DNA of 64,000 bases from Eledone cirrhosa (Eukaryota), in NCBI GenBank assembly GCA_964016885.1, contig OZ024743.1, positions 255,068,001 to 255,132,000 of the forward strand, read 5' to 3'. Positions 52,139 to 64,000 of this stretch are shown piece by piece. Every line of letters starts with the position of its first letter. The first letter of the stretch is position 1. A program made the position numbers and the translations under genes. A model generated the notes under the pieces. The model saw nothing but the letters and a program-made list of their open reading frames with translations, was not told the DNA's origin and did not search any database.

Positions 52139-54945
52139 TTACCCTTTAATAAAAGAGTTTGCATACCACAACAAATAGATGACGAGACAGACGCACAGTT
52201 CACCATAGCTAGAAATAAGATTAGACAAATATTAGACAGGTATACTAAGAGACAGAGCAGACCAGAGGCCCAAAAACTTGGGAGAAAACCTGTAGAAGGC
52301 TTGGTTAGCCTCAAGCAGCGCACAAGGGATGGTGAGGTAGTATGTCTACCCATGGATACGTCTGGTAGGATGTCAATAGATAGCATGCCGAACTATATCA
52401 AGGCTATGCAGCCCCACATCACCAACACGAACGAAGTTGCACAACAAACACACGAGGGGAGAGAGAAAATCCTCAACGCTCACATGATGATGTGGATTGA
52501 CATCCTAAAGCCAAGCAGACGCACTGCCAACAACTAACAATGGCATGCCATCCTTGTATGGGCTCCGCAAAGACCACAAGATAGTCGACGACCCGACAAC
52601 AGGACCACCAACAAGACCCGTATGCGGAGCTAATATAGCTAGTAACTACAGGATCTCCTACTTCCTCTCAATGGTTATACGCCCCATAATCAAGATGTCC
52701 CCAGATGTATGTGACAGTACAGAGGACCTCCTCAGCAGAATCAGTGAGTGCAACAAAAACAGGTACCTATCCAACAGCATAATAGGCAGCATGGATGTGG
52801 TGTCACTGTACCCATCCATTAACATTGATTTTGCTGTGAAAAGATGTGTGGAGATGATTATTGAGAGTGAAGTGGAGTTCTGCGACGTCGACACAGACGA
52901 ACTGGGCCTCCTACTTAGACTTACCTACGACACTAACTACCTAGACAGCCATGACCTTAGACGTTTCTGCCCTAGTAGACCTATAAGAGGTAGACCCCCC
53001 ACCATAACCTCAATGGCTAAAAAGACTCCCATGGGAAGGTGGATTGGGTGGACCAAAGCTATACGGACCCTCCAAAACAATGATCAGGTAAGAAAAATGG
53101 TCGCACATGCAATAGGGGCTAGTATCAAAACTACCCTAATGGGCCACATATTTAAGTTCAACGAGAAGATCTACACCCAAAATGAGGGAGCAGCCATCGG
53201 CGTTAGCATAGCTGGTGATGTTGCCAAACTTTTCATGGTATGGTGGGAAAGGAGACTTAAATATCTCCTTAATGAGAGCTCCATAGACCTCATCATGTAC
53301 TCTCGTTATGTAGATGATATCAATATAGTTATAAGAACATCCCCACTACAGAGCACTAACAAGTTTGATTTAGAACGTAGCACGATGGAAAGCATCCAGC
53401 AGATAGCTAATTCCATACACCAGAGTATAACTGTAACTATCGACTTCCCTTCCAAACACCCTAACAATAGACTACCTGTATTAGACACAGAACTCTGGAT
53501 TAACACTATAGACGAGAGAGCCCAAATTCTCCACTCACACTATGCTAAAGCCATGGCCTCCAAATACCTGATACTCAAAAACTCAGCAATGTCCAGTAGT
53601 GCTAAGTTTAATATTCTGATCGCAGATTTGGTACGAGTGATGAAGAATGTGTCACGCATGTGCGACCCAACAGAAATGGAAAGACACATCCAACACTTCA
53701 TCAACCGCATGCAGTTCTCTGGCTACAACCAAAGAGACAGAGTCAGAGTATACGAAGGAGCCATGGAGAATTATAAGACCCTCATAGAACTGGACATGAA
53801 AGGAATTTGCCCATTATACAGGAGCAAATCATGGAATAGCTTAGATACGGCTAGACATAAGATAGGGAAAGCCACCTCATAGTACGACAACCAGAGATAC
53901 CAGAGTGTCATGTTTGTGGACGCTACCCCTGGAGGGAAATTAGCTAACCAGTGTAGAAAGGCCCTGAGAAAGACCCATTTAAAAATAAAGGTGGTAGAAA
54001 AGCCAGGAACCACCATAAAATCCCTGATCAGCAAAACCTACCCTTTTAAGAAAACCCACTGTACCAATAGGAAATGTATCATATGTAAGGTGAACCCCCG
54101 GATAAACTGTAAAACTAGAAACGTAGTCTATAGCATAAGATGTACAGAGGGTACTTGCAGAAACATGACAACAACATACATAGGTGAGACAGCTCGTAGC
54201 ATAGGTGAAAGGATAGACCAACACTGGGGGGAACTAAAGGACGAAAAAACGGGTCAGTACTATACGAACATGCTAGACAACAACATGACGGTAACATAGA
54301 CAACATAGAAATTAGAATAATATCTAAACATAGAAATGACCCAGCAGATAGGCAAATCAGAGAGGCCAGTGAAATAGAAATTAGAATACCAAGATTAAAT
54401 AGAATGAATGAATGGAATAACAACAACACCCAAACAAAAAACACTGACCTAAGAGAAGTATAAATAAGTAAATAAAATAAAATAACTAAATAAATACATA
54501 CACAAGCACAATAACAACAAGCACATAAACACACACTAGTCACCCATCACACAGTGAACAAAACACTATACACACACGCAAACGCATGCGCAAAGAAGAC
54601 AAAACGAAAATAAACAAACAAGCAAATAAATAAATAAATATATAGACAGACTGAATAAAAATGGCGTAGACATACAATACAACAGGAGGAAAATATAGCA
54701 CCACTGACGATGTTGCAGATGTGCAACGAAAGATTTATGATAAACTATATATATGTGTGTGTGTCTATATTGTATCTGTATTATTTTTGACCGTCGGTCA
54801 GTCAATGGCAACATTGAGGACCGAGTAAGTTAGATTAGCGATATAAAAGACACAGAAGCGAGAAACGAAAACCAACCAAACAGTGAGTGTGTTCTGTTAT
54901 TAATTCTGGCAATATTACACAAATATGACCCTCCCCAAGTATAAC

Positions 54946-54946
<1 letters not shown>
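52139..54946 (+). mobile_element. Penelope-like (Naiad-like) element, right copy: RT and GIY-YIG disrupted (breaks near 52537, 53882, 54240), then pLTR
   Basis: DTSGR, GLRKDHK, GPPTRPVC, SMDVVSLYPSI, GAAIG, RYVDD, LPVLD; clade assignment is by motif resemblance only. Confidence 0.9.
54693..54750 (+). ncRNA. Minimal type I hammerhead in the Naiad-like pLTR (mirror copy 50052-50109, minus strand)
   Basis: ATATAG-CACCA-CTGACGA-TGTTGCA-GATG-TGCAAC-GAAA-GATT-TA|TGATAAA-CTATAT. Confidence 0.8.
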
Positions 54947-54977
<31 letters not shown>

Positions 54978-55193
54978 CGTATATATATATATATGTATTT
55001 CCCTAAAATATTCTTTCATTCATAATATTCTTTTCCATCCAAAACTGAAATCTACCTTCCTCTACCCATAAATTAAGGTTCTCTTCCTACTAGATTGCTA
55101 TCTTGACCTTCACTTTCTTTCTATTGGTCAATTCAAAACCTGTTCCCAAACAGACCTATTGTATTAAATCTTTGTCTTTTCAATAAACAAATA

Positions 55194-55334
55194 TCATTAT
55201 TTCTGAAGACAGCATATATATGTGTAGGTATATATATTCCCTCTGATAGTTTGTATAAATATTTACATAGATCTATAGAATATGCATACCAACACTAACA
55301 CATATATATCCTAGAAACGATCATAAAATGATGA
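55194..55334 (+). ncRNA. Type I hammerhead with ~100 nt stem II
   Basis: TCATTATTT-CTGAAGA-..ATATATATGTGT/ACACATATATAT..-GAAA-CGATCA-TA|AAATGATGA (9 bp stem I). Confidence 0.75.
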
Positions 55335-55427
55335 ATGTTTTTAATATAAGGAACTGTTTCTTTGTTTATTCATTACTTTATTAATTTATATATATATATA
55401 TATATATGTGTGTGTATATATATGTCC

Positions 55428-56166
55428 AAAATTAAATTAAGGGTGTCATGTCCGAGAGACATGCGCCATATCCACTGTACAATATGCTCAAAGAATCCAA
55501 TGAATAGATCCGAGCATTTTATATCAACTAGAAATTGATTGACATATATATATATATATCTAAAATAAACATATGAAACAATCACAGGGAATAATTTGTA
55601 AAGTGTGTAAGCACACACAGCTAGGTAGGTAACTAATTAAAGTTTAACTAGAACTTTAAATAAAGATACCTTTTAAAATGTTTAATCTTCCTTGTATATA
55701 TTAAAGAAATATATTTCACCATCAATCGATCGGTAAATCACAGTAGTCAAATCCTGGATTTTCAATAAGGAAGAAAATTTAACTATATGTGTTTACACAG
55801 CAATTGCAAATCTGTGAATGAATAGTAGCACGTGTTGCATTTTTTTATAAATACACACATCGTACCATCGTCATCCCAGTGGCGTGAATAAGATTATCGA
55901 CAACTAGAAATGGCAGCCGAGTCCTTTCAACTGAGTTAGCTCTACAATTAAGGAGTCGTATATATATCGAAAATTAAATTAAGGGTGTCATGTCCGAGAG
56001 ACATGCGCCATATCCATTTTAAAATGTATCTATATTTAACGTTCTAGTTAAACTTTAATTAGTTACCTACTTAGCTGTGTGTGCTTACACACTTTACAAA
56101 TTATTCCCTGTGATTGTTTCATATGTTTAATTTAGATATATATATGTCAATCAATTTCTAGTTGAT
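55428..56166 (-). mobile_element. Retrozyme-like unit B: period 542 nt, ~47 nt redundancy, plus a 5' inversion (56015-56166)
   Basis: AAATTAAATTAAGGGTGTCATGTCCGAGAGACATGCGCCATATCCA at ~55428 and ~55970; 56015-56166 is an inverted copy of 55520-55680; candidate U3-A8 hammerhead at 55686-55774. Confidence 0.75.
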
Positions 56167-56198
56167 ATATATGTATATATATATATATATATAAAAAC

Positions 56199-56280
<82 letters not shown>

Positions 56281-56286
<6 letters not shown>

Positions 56287-56978
56287 CGTAAAATAAGAAA
56301 ATTATAAAATTAACTTACTTACTAAAATTTCACTCCCAACTAATTAGTTTCTGAAATGGAATAAATATATTTTCCGAAGAAGATATAGAGAATCATTTCG
56401 TCGTCAGGGAAGTCTATTCTCGGCTAAGTTTCCAGGCAAATCGTGGACTCTGGAAAAATTTATACAAAAATAATTCAGTGGATAGAAAATAGCAAAGTGT
56501 GGACTGAATTCCTAGCCATTGAGAAAATAACTGCCTACTGCGTCGGTGGCAAATTCAAAAAGAATCAATCACGTGACATCGAGGTTAATCAGTGGAAAGT
56601 GGTTTGTTAAGAAGACGGCGGCCTGCCTGCTACCATAGCAGCAGTCTTGGCCAATATTGTTCGACAAATAATTTGGAGATAATTATAAATAATTAATATA
56701 TCTAGTAACATATATATACATACAGATGCACATCAATGCTAGCAAATATATAGGTTTTGTCTTAGTAACTTTGTGGTTCAATGCATGGGGTCGCAGAACA
56801 ATAATATGAGAGACGTAAATTAAGAAAATTATAAAATTAACTTACTTACTAAAATTTCACTCCCAACTAATTAGTTTCTGAAATGGAATAAATATATTTT
56901 CCGAAGAAGATATAGAGAATCATTTCGTCGTCCTGATGTGCATCTGTATGTATATATATGTTACTAGATATATTAATT
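56281..56978 (-). mobile_element. Retrozyme-like unit C: period 527 nt, ~125 nt redundancy, plus a 5' inversion (56934-56978)
   Basis: 56281-56405 matches 56808-56932; 56934-56978 is the reverse complement of ~56690-56735; (TA)n on both sides. Confidence 0.85.
56332..56413 (-). ncRNA. Type I hammerhead with long stem II
   Basis: ACTTCC-CTGACGA-CGAAATG..CATTTCA-GAAA-CTAATTAG-TT|GGGAGT. Confidence 0.8.
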
Positions 56979-57039
<61 letters not shown>

Positions 57040-57040
<1 letters not shown>

Positions 57041-57083
57041 GTATTAATTACATGTAGGACCACATATTTTATTATATATATAT

Positions 57084-57114
<31 letters not shown>

Positions 57115-57186
57115 CATACATATATATATACATATATATGTATATATATACATATATATACATATATATGTATATATATATGTATG

Positions 57187-57253
<67 letters not shown>

Positions 57254-57292
57254 ATATGTAATAAAAGTATGTGGTCCTACATGTAATTAATA
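57040..57292. repeat. ~38 bp inverted repeat enclosing (TA)n
   Basis: TATTAATTACATGTAGGACCACATA.TTTTATTA versus TAATAAAA.TATGTGGTCCTACATGTAATTAATA. Confidence 0.85.
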
Positions 57293-57495
57293 CACACAGT
57301 ATATATATATGTGTATTGTATATATATATCTATATGTATATATATTTATGTATACATATATGTATATATATATGTATATATGTATATATATGTATGTATA
57401 TATGTATATATATATGTATATATATATGTATATATATATGTATGTATATATATATAAATTACACAATAATCAAAACTATATTCAAAACATTTAAT

Positions 57496-57542
57496 TGCTG
57501 ACAATCGTTTCTTCCAAACATTCGTTTGGAATCATCGTAGCA
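57496..57542 (-). ncRNA. Hammerhead with altered first core box
   Basis: TGCT-ACGATGA-TTCCAAAC-GAAT-GTTTGGAA-GAAA-CGATTG-TC|AGCA. Confidence 0.7.
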
Positions 57543-57638
57543 CTAGCAAAGTTTGGACATATAATTAACTTCCTATTTAACTGAACAATCATATAGATAC
57601 ATGGATATTAATGTTGTCATCAACAGTTTCATATTTAT

Positions 57639-57981
57639 AGAGTGGAATGTATGTGACAGAGATTACAAGAGAATTGTATAATAATTAAAGAAGCGCAGAG
57701 TGGAATGCATGTGACAGAGATTACAAGAGAATAGTATAATAATTAAAGAAGCACAGAGTGGAATGCATGTGACAGAGATTACAAGAGAATAGTATAATAA
57801 TTAAAGAAGCACAGAGTGGAATGCATGTGACAGAGATTACAAGAGAATAGTATAATAATTAAAGAAGCACAGAGTGGAATGCATGTGACAGAGATTACAA
57901 GATAATAGTATAATAATTAAAGAAGCACAGAGTGGAATGCATGTGACAGAGATTACAAGAGAATAGTATAATAATTAAAGA
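57639..57981. repeat. 58-bp minisatellite, ~5.9 near-identical copies
   Basis: AGAGTGGAATGCATGTGACAGAGATTACAAGAGAATAGTATAATAATTAAAGAAGCAC; units start at 57639, 57697, 57755, 57813, 57871, 57929. Confidence 0.97.
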
Positions 57982-58901
57982 GGCATTAAGGCATTAATGT
58001 CCTCGTAAAACGAGGACATTAGCAGTCCACATGCAAACGTATAGAGAGTGTAAATGCGTTAGGCATATACAGAACAGCTAGGTAGGAAACAAGCAATGGT
58101 ACTAGGCATATACAATTACTGTATGGCAAAGGTATCACATAAAATAACACAGGTTTACAAGCTTCCGGAAATTAAACCGTTAGAAGAATCACTCCAGAAC
58201 AACTCGAACCCTGGATAACAGTATAATAGGACCACATACAATCCATAGCTGTAACTAATTATAAACATTCACTTAAATAAAATATAACCAATATAATGGA
58301 AAAGAAAACAATAGTATTAATACTCTCAACACATGCACATTTGAACATTACAGAAAGAATTATCACACTACATCCACCATAAACTCATAATTTTAATACA
58401 CAAACATCTTTGTCTGCTTGATATGCTTGTAATATGCTTGCAATGTGCTTGCAATTCTTGAGCAAGGCATGACGTGCAATCGGACAGCATGGGAAGCCTT
58501 CTCCAAGGAGTCCACCGCGCCTTGGTAAATAAACGCTACTGGACAAACGGTTACCAAACTGTGGGCATAATTTAACAATTTTAAAGAGGAGTGGTGCATT
58601 AAAATGGGCCCCGGGGCATGTGCTCGTTCACTAGCAGCCCTAAACGAAAGGGTCGCCACCAGCTATTTCAAGGGCCCTTAAAAGGGCCGTGTATGCCATT
58701 CACTGACACCCCAGTAAGGAGGGGTAACCATCAACAATTTTACAAAAAAGCCCTAAAAAGCTGAAAAAAACCCAGTTCTTCACCTAATGTGGGCCCTAGA
58801 AACATAAGTAATACACATGTAAAATTTGAAAAAAATCAGTTCGTTTCAGGGCTTCAAACTCACAGACACATATTGACATCGAAGTTCTAGATATATATAT
58901 A

Positions 58902-59033
<132 letters not shown>

Positions 59034-59165
59034 TGTGTATATATATATGTATATATATATATATATGTATGTACATGTATATATACATGTATATGTATAT
59101 AGTGGTAGAACACTGGAAGGTAATATCCGTAGTGATAGAGCACTCAGTCCATGGGAGGAGTTAGG

Positions 59166-59319
59166 TAGAAGTTGTTACACAACAGTTAGTTCACCATACC
59201 AAGAACAATTGTTTCACCTTAGCGGATCCTCAGCTCATACAGATCACGAGCTGAGGATCCGCTAAGGTGAAACAATTGTTCTCGGTATGGTGAACTAACT
59301 GTTGTATAACAAACTTCTA
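59166..59319. ncRNA. Fold-back pair of minimal hammerheads (~70 bp arms, 11 nt loop)
   Basis: Right arm CGAG-CTGAGGA-TCC-GCTAA-GGT-GAAA-CAATTG-TT|CTCG (59247-59284); mirror copy on the minus strand ~59200-59236. Confidence 0.85.
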
Positions 59320-59341
59320 TATATGTATATATATATTTATA

Positions 59342-59430
<89 letters not shown>

Positions 59431-59436
<6 letters not shown>

Positions 59437-60166
59437 TAAATCATGTCTTTAGAATCATCAGATAATAAAATATATACTATTTCTTCTTCTAATTAGCATA
59501 ATTAACTATATAAAAAAATCAATCAGAACAGCTATAAGAATAAATGCTCTTATGGGGAAATCTCCGACAAATAACCGAACGTAGCCTCTTCGCGGCGGCC
59601 CCAGTCTGGTATTTATCCAACATTTCGACAGCATGTAGAAACTGACTAAATATACCATCAACCATACACAATTGGTTGTAAAATTAAACTTAGAAGAAAT
59701 GCGCACATACCGTAATTATATCTCTACCATGGTTTCTTCCTTATTTTTGACATCCAAATAATAGGAATGTCCTGAGTTAGGAATCATAAGGAGACGAACT
59801 CAAAATCAGACATCTAGTTTTTCAATCCGATCCCGCCAAAATTAGATTAAAAAATGGCTAAAAATCGCTATGTGGCTGTGTTCAAGCCAGAGAGAAAGAA
59901 TGTGATTGGTTGCTTACGGCGGGTAGGCTTGTTGCTAGAAAGCGCAGCCAAATATCGCCAAATTTAATCTCAACCTATTGGGAGATTATTAAATATAAAG
60001 GTTAACATATACATAAAGTTATAGATATATATATGTGTTGCAACTGTTCACTTTTAAGCTATATGAAGAATTAATAAATTAAAAAATCAGAGCATTATAT
60101 CATAAATCATGTCTTTAGAATCATCAGATAATAAAATATATACTATTTCTTCTTCTAATTAGCATA
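59431..60166 (-). mobile_element. Retrozyme-like unit D: period 666 nt, ~70 nt redundancy
   Basis: 59431-59500 matches 60097-60166; (TA)n flanks; internal hammerhead. Confidence 0.8.
59720..59795 (-). ncRNA. Type I hammerhead with G5U substitution (probably inactive)
   Basis: TCTC-CTTATGA-TTCCT..GACATTC/GGATGTC..AGGAA-GAAA-CCATGG-TA|GAGA. Confidence 0.75.
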
Positions 60167-60191
60167 TATATATATATGTATATATATGTAT

Positions 60192-60410
60192 ATCATCATC
60201 ATCATCATCTTACGTCCGCTTTTCCATGATTGCAAGGGTGGGACGGGTCTTATTCAGTACTGCATCTCTTCACTTGTCACTGTCCTTTGTCATCTCCACC
60301 GTGAGCTTCAGCGATCTGAGGTCTGTTCTCACCACCTCCGCCCATGTTTTTCGTGGTTTACGTCTACAACGTCTTCCTTAAACTGCATTCCCTGCCACTT
60401 CTTCACCTAT
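60192..60410 (-). mobile_element. RTE 3' end fragment with (GAT)n tail
   Basis: [23 protein letters not shown]; tail CATGGAAAAGCGGACGTAAGATGATG. Confidence 0.7.
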
Positions 60411-60541
60411 CGTATATATATATGTATATATATACGTATATATATATATATTATGTATATATATATGTGTATGTATATATGTATATATATTTATATGTAT
60501 ATATATATATGTATATATATATGTATATATATATGTGTATA

Positions 60542-60626
<85 letters not shown>

Positions 60627-60853
60627 GTTTGTATTTGTAAAGCCAAAAGAATGCAGGTGTGGATATAGAATATAAATGCAAATGCAAAAGATATTGTTGA
60701 CAATTAGCCTTTTATCTTAAAGTTATTTAAATATCCTTAATTTTCGAGATAATAACTCTCACTCGGAGGGAAGTAAAGTTGTTAAACCAGCGTTCTAAAT
60801 AGCTTGCCAAGTCATACTGACAGCAGGACTTGGCAAGCTATTTAGAACGTATG

Positions 60854-60927
<74 letters not shown>

Positions 60928-61035
60928 TACATATATATATATGTAGGTATATATATACATATATATATGTACATATATATACATATATATATATATATAT
61001 TTATATATACATATACATATATGTATATATATATA

Positions 61036-61725
61036 TCATCATCATCATCATCGTTTAACGTCCATCTTCCACGCAAGTATGGGTTAGACGGGAGTTGTCC
61101 CACTTGAGGCAAGATTGATCGGGTGACCGTGTCTTGCTTATATAGGACTATCTGGCAGGTTTTCTACGGCTGGATGCCCTTCCTAACACCCATCAAATTT
61201 ACAGTGTGGACTAGGAACTTTTACCGTGTTACGTACACGACCACATTAAGCGTGGACTGTGTGTTTAATAGTCGTGACACCTACACGATCGCGATCTCAT
61301 TTTCTCATTATTTTGGACTGGATGTTGTGGTACCAACTTTACAGAGAGAGTGTGGTGTTGGTGGGAGTGGGAGGATGGAGTAGTGGTAGTGGGTTGGGGT
61401 GTATATTTGGTTAGGAAGTGCCCACTGACTGTAGGTTTCGCTTTGTACATAGGCAAGGCGTACCTTCAGTATTACTGCGTGGCGCCAAATATCTCGGTCC
61501 AGTGATATTGTCTTGGAGAGGTGCAAGTGTGTAACATCGGAATTTATCAGATCATCCCAGGTTTTTCTGGTTCTACCTACTCCGTAACTTCCATCAATTT
61601 TGATTGCCCTGCCCTTTTTTATACAGCTGTCATCTTTCATGCGCATCACGTGACCATACCAATGTAGTCTACCCTCAAGTAAACAGCATCTGATCCCTCT
61701 TATTCCTAATTTCTCACTTAATTTA
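61036..61725 (-). mobile_element. RTE 3' fragment with SINE-shared tail
   Basis: [30 protein letters not shown]; AAGGGCATCCAGCCGTAGAAA; (GAT)n. Confidence 0.8.
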
Positions 61726-61726
61726 T

Positions 61727-61806
<80 letters not shown>

Positions 61807-61827
61807 ATGTATATATATGTATATATA

Positions 61828-61894
<67 letters not shown>

Positions 61895-61897
61895 TTA

Positions 61898-62000
<103 letters not shown>

Positions 62001-62475
62001 TGGTAAACGGAATAGAAAATGCTGACAAATTGTTCACAGTTGAAAAGTGGTTTAATTAGGAATAAAAGAGTATTAATAATTGTATGGGTTAGTATTCAGT
62101 TGTGGTTTTAAGTTTTTAAGTTTTTACCGGTTGCGCATTTCTAAATACTTTTCAAAAATAATTTTGAGATAGAGTGTCCGTGCTGTTTGCTCTGATCTGA
62201 TTAGTTTTGGGAATTCTACCTGTTTTTATGTTAAAAAAGTGGCTCCAGCGTTATTTCTGTGTTGCAAAAATGCTTGTGGTCAAAACAATTTTGATTGGTC
62301 GGTAGAGGTCATGTGAATGTAAAAAGTTGATTTTGCGCCAAAACTGTTTTTATGTTAAAAAAGTGGCTCCAGCAAAAATTCTTGGTCAAATCAATTTTGA
62401 TTGGTCGGTAGAGGTCATGTGGATAAAAAATTGGTTTTGCGCCAAGATTGAGAAATGACTCTTTCACAACAAATA

Positions 62476-62541
<66 letters not shown>

Positions 62542-64000
62542 TGTGTGTAGTAGTAGTAGTAAGGTGTTCGATGCTGCGACAATGGCCAGCAGCGATGTGT
62601 GTCAAATGGCTATTAAGATAAGTGTCTGTGTGGGGGGGGACCAGTATTTTTTTCCCCCTGGTAAAATGGTGTACATTATTCGATATTTTCAGTAAAATCG
62701 GTTCTCTTAATAGAACATCAAAAATCTTAACAATAAAAGGTGTGAAATGATATTCACTATATATATATACACATACATATATTCACTACATATATATATA
62801 TATATACATATATACATACATATATATGCACATATATTTTTTTGTATTGCACCATAGAGCATGTGTGTTTACGTGTGTCATTGTGTTTATATGTGGGTAG
62901 AGATGTGTGCTGATGTAGGTATGTATGTTGACGTGTGTATGTTTTGGGTTCGTCTTAGGGAGAAGTGTTTAGACGGGGTCCGTATTTGTTAATGAAGTAA
63001 GATTCCTTGCTGATGCGCTGGGTGTGGGTGGCATTATCTTTAAATTTGTAGAGGGGAAAGATTCTGAAGTTGGGATGATTTTGGGCGGCACAGGTATCAA
63101 TGTGTTCACTCAGTGGTATTTTCCTGTATTTCCGTATTTTAATTTGGGATCTATGGACAGTCATGCGTTGGCGGAGGCTGTTTTTGGTCTGGCCTATGTA
63201 TTGTTCTCGACAACCTGAACAAGTTAATACATATATTAGATTTTCCGATGCACATGTGAAATTGTGTTTTACTATAAAACGTTGTCCATCTTTGAAATAG
63301 AATTCTGAACCCTCTATTAGGTTGATGCAAATGCCACAGTTGGGTCTATCGCATTTTTTTACTGTGGGTTTCGTTGTTGTGGTTGGCAGTACTTTGGCAT
63401 GTGTTAAGATGTTTTTCATTGACTTGGATTGTCTTTTGCTCTTTATGATATCGTGTGTTCGTAGAATTTGATTCATTCTATGGTCCTTGTTCAATACAGG
63501 GATGTTCTGGAGGATGGTTATCAAAGGCCTCATTGTTGAGAGGGTTGTGTGTGGAGATGTATGGAAGAGCTTTTAGTTGTGAAAGAGTCATTTCTCAATC
63601 TTGGCGCAAAACCAATTTTTTATCCACATGACCTCTACCGACCAATCAAAATTGTTTTGACCAAGAATTTTTGCTGGAGCCACTTTTTTAACATAAAAAC
63701 AGTCTTGGCGCAAAATCAACTTTTTACATTCACATGACCTCTACCGACCAATCAAAATTGTTTTGACCACAAGCATTTTTGCAACACAAAAATAACGCTG
63801 GAGCCACTTTTTAAACATAAAAACAGGTAGAATTCCCAAAACTAATCAGATCAGAGCAAACAGCACGGACACTCTATCTCAAAATTATTTCTGAAAAGCA
63901 TTTAGAAATGCGCAACCGGTAAAAACTTAAAAACTTAAAACCACAACTGAATACTAACCCATACAATCACTAATACTCTTTTATTCCTAATTAAACCATT
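62001..64000 (-). mobile_element. Penelope-like 3' fragment (GIY-YIG ORF 62955-63533) with inverted pLTR copies at 62001-62471 and 63576-64000
   Basis: CDRPNCGIC, NLIYVLTCSGC..YIGQT..R..H..E..LN; ~430 bp inverted repeat with an internal ~120 bp tandem duplication. Confidence 0.88.
63888..63925 (+). ncRNA. Variant minimal hammerhead (mirror copy 62122-62158, minus strand)
   Basis: TTT-CTGAAAA (TTGAAAA in the left copy)-GCATT-TAGA-AATGC-GCAA-CCGG-TA|AAAA. Confidence 0.55.

Noticed and set aside
51698-52537. 279 aa hydrophobic membrane-protein ORF
   Set aside because: Antisense shadow of Asn codons (GTT/ATT), fused across the inversion junction to PLE sequence
52139-54946. Selenocysteine recoding as reported for some Naiad elements
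   Set aside because: The visible interruptions are TAA, TAG or frameshifts rather than in-frame TGA, and I could not identify a SECIS
57639-57981. CRISPR-like array
   Set aside because: Contiguous 58-bp units with no unique spacers, no cas genes, and a eukaryotic context
58660-58895. Helitron-like segment (TGTAAAATTTGAA..ACAGACAC..TATATA, as in 43125-43390)
   Set aside because: Resemblance only; no matching hairpin-CTAG terminus located
59455-59490. Type II hammerhead from CTGATGA in the unit D redundancy
   Set aside because: No stem I can form

Overview
Eukaryotic, AT-rich, repeat-dense DNA with abundant (TA)n, (CA)n and (TTA)n microsatellites. The SINE types and repeat landscape suggest an octopus or other cephalopod; this is inference. 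I found no convincing host protein-coding exon. 3-38 kb: three decayed Tx1/L1-type LINEs, a head-to-tail array of four R4/Dong-type RLE retrotransposons in (TAA)n (two with long intact reading frames, one a recombinant), and Penelope, RTE and SINE relics. 42-64 kb: a (TA)n-rich zone with two Helitron-like elements, a tRNA-Pro(TGG) gene, a Naiad-like Penelope element forming a ~1.9 kb inverted repeat, and about 17 type I hammerhead ribozyme motifs found by eye. Most of these motifs lie in short non-coding elements with little shared sequence. Four are terminally redundant units (periods 487, 542, 527 and 666 nt) and two are head-to-head fold-back pairs. Several have greatly extended stem II or variant cores. 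One family tail is fused to the tRNA gene. Best candidate for an undescribed system: a set of retrozyme-like, (TA)n-targeted, Penelope-dependent ribozyme elements. All structures were folded by hand; coordinates are approximate to a few nt.
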